The notes under the pieces were generated by a model. It worked only from the letters and a program-made list of their open reading frames with translations, ran no database searches and had not been told where the DNA came from. Positions 1-6,058 of a DNA stretch of 46,339 nucleotides are shown piece by piece (within the stretch, counting starts at the first letter, position 1; the number at the start of each line of letters is the position of its first letter). The stretch spans positions 2,234 to 48,572 of the forward strand of contig CAYUER010000004.1 of assembly GCA_964443785.1 (NCBI GenBank). Reading direction: 5' to 3'. Source of the DNA: an uncultured Gammaproteobacteria bacterium (GTDB lineage Bacteria > Patescibacteriota > Patescibacteriia > UBA1558 > GWA2-36-10). The position numbers were made by a program, and so were the translations under genes.

Positions 1-57
1 TATTTAGTATCAATCTGTTATTTAGTTTATCATAACAGCCATTAACTGCAATATTAT

Positions 58-97
58 AAAAAAATTGCGCCCCTCGACCGGTGATCGGACGAGGGGC
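58..97 (-). terminator. intrinsic terminator of the 103..399 gene
   Basis: GC hairpin GCCCCTCG/CGAGGGGC (69-76 pairs 90-97) with inner CCG/CGG (78-80 pairs 86-88). On the minus strand it is followed by a T-run (A-run 58-64 on the plus strand). Confidence 0.7.
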
Positions 98-102
98 AGA
101 AT

Positions 103-399
103 TCAAGCAGAGGTGCGCTCCATGGTAGCCTTGTAGTGATGATCGAGCATGTCGCTGATCTTCCGAGCGTCGAGATTCATGCTCTTGAGCATTTCTTGGA
201 ACTTGGCATCCTGGGGGATGCGTCCGTTGTTGATGAAGATGGGGATCAGGACACCACTAAAGAGTCCTGAGTTTTCGTGACCATCTTCTTGCATGGTCCT
301 CAGTCTCTTCAGGGTAGACCAGAAGTGCTCGTCTTCTAGATTCGCCACCCAATGGATAGCGTGACTTTCGAAATGGAGAAGAGTAGGTTGTTTTGCCAC
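103..399 (-). CDS. hypothetical protein, high-GC cassette copy 1 (98 aa); weak similarity to the N-terminal half of the 2083..2547 product
   Basis: ORF with a GTG start preceded by AAGGAGG at 6-nt spacing. It has its own promoter and terminator. Codon style is GC-rich, unlike the neighbours. I recognise no family. Confidence 0.65.
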   Translation of the reverse strand: MAKQPTLLHFESHAIHWVANLEDEHFWSTLKRLRTMQEDGHENSGLFSGVLIPIFINNGRIPQDAKFQEMLKSMNLDARKISDMLDHHYKATMERTSA

Positions 400-445
400 A
401 AGCTTCCTCCTTGAAGAACGATGAACGGTTGTACGGGAACATCTT

Positions 446-474
446 ATACTAACATTTATTGGCTATTTAGTCAA
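446..474 (-). promoter_or_regulatory. sigma70-type promoter of cassette 1
   Basis: Minus strand reads TTGACT (469-474), a 17-nt spacer, then TAGTAT (446-451) with a TGn extension. The -35 region TTGACTAAAT is identical to that of cassette 2. Confidence 0.55.
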
Positions 475-533
475 TAGCGTCATTTGCCTGAAAGTACAGC
501 TTTGCTATAAAATAGAAGATATACATCATATTT

Positions 534-995
534 ATGTTAAAAATCACTATAGTAGCGGTCGGTAAAATCAAAGAGAAATTTTGGCAAACAGCCATAGAGG
601 AATATAGCAAAAGATTGAAGCCATATGCTGTACTTAATTTTGTAGAAATAAAAGCTGAGTCATTTTCTAGTCAAAATAAAAAACAGGCACAAGCTAATGA
701 AAATCAACGTCTTATAAATGCTTTAGAAAAATATAATAAACAAAATGTTTATTTATTAGCAGAAGCTGGTCAAGAATTTGATTCTCTAAAATTTGCAAAA
801 TTTATGGCCAAGCAGTCAGAGATTATTTTAGTCATTGGCGGAGCCTTGGGTTGGGCAGAGGAGATCAAACAAAAATATCCACAAACAATTTCTTTGTCTC
901 AGCTGACTATGCCTCATGAGATGGCGAGAGTAGTCTTACTAGAGCAAATATATAGAGCTGTGAGTATTATCAAAGGCAAAGAATATCATTATTAA
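534..995 (+). CDS. rlmH: 23S rRNA (pseudouridine1915-N3)-methyltransferase RlmH (SPOUT)
   Basis: 153 aa. N-terminal MLKITIVAVGKIK, a VIGGALGW glycine-rich loop and a C-terminal LLEQIYRA..YH tail are typical of RlmH. Confidence 0.85.
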   Translation: MLKITIVAVGKIKEKFWQTAIEEYSKRLKPYAVLNFVEIKAESFSSQNKKQAQANENQRLINALEKYNKQNVYLLAEAGQEFDSLKFAKFMAKQSEIILVIGGALGWAEEIKQKYPQTISLSQLTMPHEMARVVLLEQIYRAVSIIKGKEYHY

Positions 996-1003
996 GTAGT
1001 TTC

Positions 1004-1032
1004 TTGACTACTTTTTATTTTTACTATATAAT
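1004..1032 (+). promoter_or_regulatory. sigma70-type promoter of the arsR-sdpI pair
   Basis: TTGACT (1004-1009), a 17-nt spacer, then TATAAT (1027-1032). Confidence 0.65.
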
Positions 1033-1057
1033 TAGATATATATCTAAATATCTAATT
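1030..1057. promoter_or_regulatory. probable ArsR/SdpR-type operator (three half-sites)
   Basis: AATTAGATAT (1030-1039) is followed by its inverted partner ATATCTAA twice in tandem (1040-1047 and 1048-1055). TTAGATATATATCTAA (1032-1047) is a perfect 16-nt palindrome overlapping the -10 box and the transcription start. Confidence 0.5.
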
Positions 1058-1065
1058 AAATAGCC

Positions 1066-1335
1066 ATGTCTTTGACTAAAACCTTTGCTGCTCTATCAGA
1101 ACCAAATCGCCAGAAGATTTTGGATTTATTGAAAAAAGGCGAGTTGTCGGTCAATGAAATTGGTAAATATCTAGATGTGACTACTCCGACTTTGTCTCAT
1201 CACCTCGATATTTTGAAAAGAGCTGATTTGATTTCTAGTCGTCGTAGCGGTCAGCAAATTATTTATTCTCTAAACTTTAGTATTTTAGAAGAAGTAGCCG
1301 AAAAAATTGCGAAATTTTTAGCAATTAAAAAATAA
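1066..1335 (+). CDS. ArsR/SmtB-family (SdpR-like) transcriptional repressor
   Basis: 89 aa winged HTH: ALSEPNRQKILDLL...LSVNEIGKYLDVTTPTLSHHLDILKRADLI...R.GQQIIYSL. Confidence 0.85.
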   Translation: MSLTKTFAALSEPNRQKILDLLKKGELSVNEIGKYLDVTTPTLSHHLDILKRADLISSRRSGQQIIYSLNFSILEEVAEKIAKFLAIKK

Positions 1336-1354
1336 ATAATAATAAATTAAATTT

Positions 1355-2020
1355 ATGAGATCAGCAATTAAATTGAGTTGGAAAAGCGAAGCTTGGTGTA
1401 TCTTGGTCACCTTGGCGACTGTGGCTTTGAGTTTTTATTTTTATGCGCACTTTCCTGAGCAGGTAGTGGGTCATTGGAATTTTGCTGGCCAGCCAGATGA
1501 CTGGACTAGTAGAGCCGGCGGTGCTTTTGGTATGGTAGGAGTTTTGATTTTTATGTATGTTTTATTTTTGGCTTTGCCAATGCTTGATCCCAAAAAAGAT
1601 CGTTATGCGGATTTTGAAAAAGTTTATCATTTGTTCAAGAATATCATGGTAACTTTTTTTGCTGTTATTTATGTTTTATCTGGTCTATATAATTTAGGTT
1701 ATCCGATTCAGATTCAATTTTGGGTGCCCTGGTTGGTTGGTTTATTGATGATTTTGATTGGCAATTATTTAGGTAAATTGAAACGCAATTGGTTTGTCGG
1801 TATCAAAACACCTTGGACTCTGTCATCGGAAAATGTCTGGAACAAAACTCATCGGGTCGGTGGCTGGATGTTTATCGTCTTTGGTGTTTGCATCATCATC
1901 TCACCAAATTTACCCTATGCCTGGGGCGCTGGTATATTTGTCGGTGGTGCGGTACTAGCTACTTTTGGCTCAATGCTCTATTCCTATATAGTGTATCTAC
2001 AAGAGAAAAAAAATAAGTAA
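1355..2020 (+). CDS. SdpI/YhfL-family membrane protein (DUF1648 + SdpI immunity-like domain)
   Basis: 221 aa, multi-pass. N-terminal HFPEQVVGHWNFAGQPDDW (DUF1648-like). GNYLGKLKRNWFVGIKTPWTLSSENVWNKTHR matches the SdpI family core. It follows the ArsR gene after a 19-nt gap, as in sdpR-sdpI. Confidence 0.75.
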   Translation: MRSAIKLSWKSEAWCILVTLATVALSFYFYAHFPEQVVGHWNFAGQPDDWTSRAGGAFGMVGVLIFMYVLFLALPMLDPKKDRYADFEKVYHLFKNIMVTFFAVIYVLSGLYNLGYPIQIQFWVPWLVGLLMILIGNYLGKLKRNWFVGIKTPWTLSSENVWNKTHRVGGWMFIVFGVCIIISPNLPYAWGAGIFVGGAVLATFGSMLYSYIVYLQEKKNK

Positions 2021-2072
2021 AAAAAATTCAGGGCTCGTCTCGCTCTGCGTGAGCAGTAGCGGACGAGCCCTG
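2019..2072 (-). terminator. intrinsic terminator of the 2083..2547 gene (may also stop sdpI)
   Basis: Long GC hairpin: CAGGGCTCGTC (2029-2039) pairs GACGAGCCCTG (2062-2072), with inner CGCT/AGCG and CTGC/GCAG stems. On the minus strand a T-run follows (A-run 2019-2026), which overlaps the sdpI stop codon. Confidence 0.75.
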
Positions 2073-2082
2073 TGTTGTGTGC

Positions 2083-2547
2083 TTAGTGCACGCGGAGTCC
2101 CAGCCTGCGGGCCGTCAGTTCTAGCGCAGTAATGGCCTCGATGCGCCAGTGTCCTTTCTCATCCTTGGTGGCCCTCAGCTTTTTGGCTGCGATCAGTCGC
2201 CGCACTTCTCGTGGCGGTAGCCACAAGATTTGTGCTGCTTCGATGCAGCTGATGTGTCCGCTGAGCTGTTCAAAGATGAGGCGGATGTTCTCGCTGATGT
2301 CATGGGGATTTACTCTCAGCCTTCGGCAAAGCTGGGTAAAATCCATGTTCTCCGGGATGATGCCATCGGACAGGATAATGGGCCTGTAGATGTCGTTGAA
2401 CACCCTGACTTCATTGTCCTGTTTGCTGCCATGTCGTGCCAGCGAGATGCTGTAGACCAGGTTCACAGCCTCTTTGAACACCTCCTTTTGGATGTCGTCA
2501 GCCTTGGCCCACCAGGACAAGCAGGGGATCTCTTGGTTCAGGTCCAT
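2083..2547 (-). CDS. hypothetical protein, high-GC cassette copy 2: unknown N-terminal domain + C-terminal excisionase/MerR-type HTH
   Basis: AAGGAGG lies 5 nt before the ATG at 2547; an in-frame GTG at 2553 is an alternative start. The C-terminal ISCIEAAQILWLPPREVRRLIAAKKLRATKDEKGHWRI fits the HTH_17/excisionase pattern. The N-terminal half weakly resembles the 103..399 product. Confidence 0.7.
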   Translation of the reverse strand: MDLNQEIPCLSWWAKADDIQKEVFKEAVNLVYSISLARHGSKQDNEVRVFNDIYRPIILSDGIIPENMDFTQLCRRLRVNPHDISENIRLIFEQLSGHISCIEAAQILWLPPREVRRLIAAKKLRATKDEKGHWRIEAITALELTARRLGLRVH

Positions 2548-2607
2548 GTTCACCTCCTTGTAGACGTTGCATTGTGTGCGGTTGCCGGGCTAAAAGAGCG
2601 GAGGCGT

Positions 2608-2636
2608 ATTATGCACTATTTTAGAGATTTAGTCAA
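2608..2636 (-). promoter_or_regulatory. sigma70-type promoter of cassette 2, -35 box inside the elp3 3' end
   Basis: Minus strand reads TTGACT (2631-2636), a 17-nt spacer, then CATAAT (2608-2613). The -35 context TTGACTAAAT matches cassette 1. Confidence 0.5.
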
Positions 2637-4226
2637 GTAGGTGCCCTGAAGTTTGTAGCCTAGTTTGCGATAGTAATTGCGGACACCAATGCCAGAAATA
2701 ACGGCTATTTTTTTTATTTTATAGTCGCGAGTGATTGTTTCAGCTTCTTGCATGAGGCGTTTGCCTAGGCCCAGGTGTTGGGTTTTGCCAATTTCATCAT
2801 CCAGATTTTCATCGTAGACTGGTATCATCTGGCCATAGACATGGAGCTCGCGCACGATAGAGGCACTTTTGAGCTCCGGAAAGATGTTATTTTTTAAATC
2901 ATGATTGATACGCAAACGCAAAAAAGCATAGACCTTGCTGCGGTCTTTATTTTCAAAGCTTAAAAATATTTCTTTACCACCACTAGCGTCATATTCGCGG
3001 TGGACCAATTCTAAATCTTTGAGTTCATATTTATCATCGCGCACTTCGCGACAGCGTAAGCACTGACAAGAGGCTCCCTGTTTTTTGAGTTCAGCTTGTA
3101 AAAATTGGCGGAGATTAGTTATTTTATTGCCAGCTACTATACTTTCTTCTGGAATATCGCGAATCAGGCGATTGATACGCATGTAGGGTGGGACTATTTT
3201 TTTGACAGCGAGGAGCAAATCCAGCAATTGTTTTTTGGTATATGGTTTATATTTTTTAGCTTTGTACCAGCCATAGAGTTCAGCAAATTCGTTGACTACA
3301 CAGGGATATATTTTGATTTGGTCAGGTTGCAAATCAGGGGAGTTGAAAACATACTGAAACATAGCCAAATCTTTTTTGGGAGTAGAGCCAGGTAAATCTG
3401 GCATATAGTGGTGATCTACTTTGAAGCCGGTTTCTTTGAGTAGGTGAGTAGCCTTGATACTTTGCTCAATACTATGTCCGCGTTTGATGAGCTCTAGTAT
3501 TTTATTATCAGTATGCTGGACACCGAGCTGGACGCGTGTGGTACCCAGTCGACGCATTTTTTTAAGCTCAGTCGGGTTGATATAGTCTGGTCTAGTTTCT
3601 AGAGTCAGACCAATGATTTTATATTTAGCAGTTTCGTTTATTTTTTGTTCTTTTTCCAAAGTAAAAGCTTTTCTTTTTTTCTTTTGGCCGAATATGTTGG
3701 CGGCATAAAAACAATCACGGATAAATTCATCTTGATAGTGAGTAGGATAGACAGACCAAGTGCCACCCAAGACCAGTATTTCTAGTTTGTCGACAGCGTG
3801 TCCATTATTTTCTAGAGCTTGGATGCGCATAGTCACCTGGCGAAAGGGATCAAAGAGATTCATCTTGGCCCGGGCGGCGGCTGGCTCATTGGACAGATAG
3901 CTTTTGGGCATGCCGACCTCTGTCGGGCAGTAGACACATTTGCCAGGGCAGACAAAGGGCTTGGTGAGCACCGTGATGACTGATACGCCTGATAGTGTTC
4001 GTACAGCTCTTTTTTTGAGTAGCTGTTCGAAGCTACTATCAGCTTTTATTTTATTTTTTTTCAACAATTGACGATAGGCAAAAATCAAGGTAGCCTTAGT
4101 ATTGGCTGGCAGTTTGCGAGAGCTAAAAGATTGGCGCAATTGTTTAGAAAAATCCAAATCAGTGGCATATTTTTGCCCCATGAGCTCCAGCACAATTTCT
4201 TCGTATATTTTATTATTTTTTTCCAT
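2616..4226 (-). CDS. elp3: Elp3-type tRNA uridine(34) carboxymethyl-forming enzyme homolog (radical SAM + GNAT acetyltransferase)
   Basis: Radical-SAM cluster motif CPGKCVYCP. ETRPD, RVQLGVQ and KxDHHYMPDLPGS blocks and the GNAT motif QHLGLGKRLM all align by eye with Dehalococcoides and eukaryotic Elp3. The ATG at 4226 (MEKNNK) is preferred over the ORF-track start at 4373; the ATG at 4178 is also possible. Confidence 0.85.
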   Translation of the reverse strand: MEKNNKIYEEIVLELMGQKYATDLDFSKQLRQSFSSRKLPANTKATLIFAYRQLLKKNKIKADSSFEQLLKKRAVRTLSGVSVITVLTKPFVCPGKCVYCPTEVGMPKSYLSNEPAAARAKMNLFDPFRQVTMRIQALENNGHAVDKLEILVLGGTWSVYPTHYQDEFIRDCFYAANIFGQKKKRKAFTLEKEQKINETAKYKIIGLTLETRPDYINPTELKKMRRLGTTRVQLGVQHTDNKILELIKRGHSIEQSIKATHLLKETGFKVDHHYMPDLPGSTPKKDLAMFQYVFNSPDLQPDQIKIYPCVVNEFAELYGWYKAKKYKPYTKKQLLDLLLAVKKIVPPYMRINRLIRDIPEESIVAGNKITNLRQFLQAELKKQGASCQCLRCREVRDDKYELKDLELVHREYDASGGKEIFLSFENKDRSKVYAFLRLRINHDLKNNIFPELKSASIVRELHVYGQMIPVYDENLDDEIGKTQHLGLGKRLMQEAETITRDYKIKKIAVISGIGVRNYYRKLGYKLQGTYLTKSLK

Positions 4227-4890
4227 GAGTGATATCAAAAAAGATTTGCAAAATGTGTATGACTCTATAGCCAAAGACTTTTCTAATACTAGATATGTGC
4301 CTTGGCAGGAGTTATCCGTTTTTATACCATATTTGCCTGACGGGGGCAAGATTTTAGACTTGGGTTGTGGCAATGGTCGCTTGTTGAAAGTGATCCAATC
4401 AGCTGGTAAAAAATACGAATATTTGGGTGTTGATTTTAGTGCTCAGTTATTAGAACAAGCTCGTCAGCAATTTCCAGATGAAAATTTTGAGCAAGCCGAC
4501 ATGAGTAAACTAGATTTTCCAAGCAATAGTTTTGATGTCATTTGTCTCGTGGCTTCTTTTCATCATCTAGATAACAAAAAAGAAAGAGAGGAATTGTTAA
4601 ATAAAATGTATTGTTGGTTGAAACCCGGTGGAGTACTTTTTATGACCAACTGGAATCTACTGCAGCCAAGGTATATCCAATATATTTTCAAAAATATTAC
4701 ACAGAAAAAATCTTGGAATGATTTTTTTATACCTTACACCTCACCAGATAGGCAGAGTGTCAATTGGCGCTACTATCATCATTTTACCAAATTAGAGCTA
4801 AAGTCTTTATTATTAAAAGCTGGTTTCAAGCTAGAACCATTGGGTCTTTACAAAAGTAAATACAATTTAAATTGTCTAGTGAAAAAATAG
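4225..4890 (+). CDS. Trm9/ALKBH8-type class I SAM-dependent methyltransferase (putative tRNA cm5U34 methyltransferase)
   Basis: Matches remembered yeast Trm9 blocks:
- VY..IA..FS.TRY.PW (here VYDSIAKDFSNTRYVPW)
- DLGCGNG
- SFHHL....ER.......LKPGG......W
- DFFIPY
- RYYHHFTKLEL
Start taken at MSDIKK (ATG 4225). Confidence 0.75.
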   Translation: MSDIKKDLQNVYDSIAKDFSNTRYVPWQELSVFIPYLPDGGKILDLGCGNGRLLKVIQSAGKKYEYLGVDFSAQLLEQARQQFPDENFEQADMSKLDFPSNSFDVICLVASFHHLDNKKEREELLNKMYCWLKPGGVLFMTNWNLLQPRYIQYIFKNITQKKSWNDFFIPYTSPDRQSVNWRYYHHFTKLELKSLLLKAGFKLEPLGLYKSKYNLNCLVKK

Positions 4891-4892
4891 AG

Positions 4893-5300
4893 CTACTTTA
4901 GATCTAAAAATTCTTCTTCATCATCAAAGCCATAGTCATAAACAATCTCCTCACCTTTGGAGATTTTTTTGAGGGCTTTCATCATCAGATAGCGATCATT
5001 TCTATGTTTTGGGTAATAGATATCAGCGTTGGGATTTTTTCGATCATGATTGTAGATCGATCCATAGCCAAACATGATGCAGTCTTTGCGATGAGTTTCC
5101 AAATACATTGGATAAAAGGTCAATAAGTCAGATTCATTGTCCAGATATTTCACATCTTTTTTGGATAGATAAATGACGGGGAAAGTTTCAATGATTTCTC
5201 CTTTTTTGATATCAGCGGTGGCGACCACACCTAGTCCTTTGCCGGGAGTTTCCACAATTTTGATTTTGGTTGGCGGGATGATTTTGAATTTTTTGGTCAT
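4893..5300 (-). CDS. SET-domain protein (putative protein-lysine methyltransferase)
   Basis: 135 aa: GKGLGVVATADIKKGEII, YNHDRKNPNA (NHSCxPN-like) and GEEIVYDYGF (ELxxDY-like). Confidence 0.75.
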   Translation of the reverse strand: MTKKFKIIPPTKIKIVETPGKGLGVVATADIKKGEIIETFPVIYLSKKDVKYLDNESDLLTFYPMYLETHRKDCIMFGYGSIYNHDRKNPNADIYYPKHRNDRYLMMKALKKISKGEEIVYDYGFDDEEEFLDLK

Positions 5301-5944
5301 ATTTTATTTTTAAAATGTATTTTTATATTTTCAAAAACTTGTGGCCAATTGGGGCAAGGAATGACATGGAGCTGGCTATCAGTCCTATGATGATCATAGA
5401 GAAATATTGTGCCTTCGTATCCTTTGTTTAAAAATTCCAATAGTTTAGCATTGTCATCGATGATGCCTAAAATTTGGGGGTATAGTTCTTGTAAAACTCC
5501 AGCCTTCCATTTATTGCCTTCAGGGTGCGGGACACTCATGGGTTTGCAGATAATCGGTGCCACTGGAAAACCATGTTTATCAAGCCAAATTTTTGTGCCT
5601 TCTATGACACTGGTCGGTCGGACAGTGATATAAGCTGCTACCGGTATGATTTCATTTATTTTATTTAAATAAATATTAGCATCTTCAATAAGCGGTAGAT
5701 TTTCTTGTAGCTCATTCGAGTGTATTTCTTTGTCTATCCATTGTTTGGCTTCATCGTGTTGCCAGTAGGGGACATTGCTAGTGTAGCGGTATTTTTCGAT
5801 GATTTCTTTGACTGATAAATTTTCAGGATTGCCAAAATTTTCTTGGAGTTTGGATACTAGATGACCGATAGTATAAGACAAAGTCTCATCAATATCAACC
5901 GCCAAGCCGGCAATTTCAATTTTTGGGAGAATATTTTTATTCAT
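5297..5944 (-). CDS. HAD-superfamily hydrolase (5'-nucleotidase NT5C-like)
   Basis: DxDxT nucleophile motif VDIDETLS near the N-terminus and a late IIDDN acidic motif. It has a 4-nt ATGA overlap with the downstream SET gene. Confidence 0.6.
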   Translation of the reverse strand: MNKNILPKIEIAGLAVDIDETLSYTIGHLVSKLQENFGNPENLSVKEIIEKYRYTSNVPYWQHDEAKQWIDKEIHSNELQENLPLIEDANIYLNKINEIIPVAAYITVRPTSVIEGTKIWLDKHGFPVAPIICKPMSVPHPEGNKWKAGVLQELYPQILGIIDDNAKLLEFLNKGYEGTIFLYDHHRTDSQLHVIPCPNWPQVFENIKIHFKNKI

Positions 5945-6058
5945 GGCCTAAGTTTAGCCAATTTTTTATAATATGTAAATTGCCCTGGGCAAATAGCTTT
6001 CGATTGTGTTTTTTTGGGGCATTATGATAAAATAATACATATTATTAATATCAAATAT

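Noticed and set aside
2132-2640. Plus-strand ORFs 2132..2389 and 2230..2640 inside GC-rich cassette 2 (and 257..442 in cassette 1)
   Set aside because: These are typical antisense shadow ORFs of a GC-rich gene. They have no SD or promoter and their products are low-complexity. The minus-strand frame has the SD, an HTH motif, a promoter and a terminator.
4102-4373. Long N-terminal extensions of the trm9-like (from 4102) and elp3 (from 4373) ORFs, giving about 270 nt of mutual overlap
   Set aside because: The extensions are antisense to each other's conserved coding sequence and lack homology to the respective families. The internal ATGs at 4225 and 4226 give canonical N-termini.
5980-5992. 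TTGCCC-N-GGGCAA palindromes (5980-5992, and 37548-37562 as TTGCCC-AGG-GGGCAA) as a shared transcription-factor site
   Set aside because: There are only two copies, with different spacer lengths. One probably just acts as a hairpin after the rpsA stop. The evidence is insufficient.
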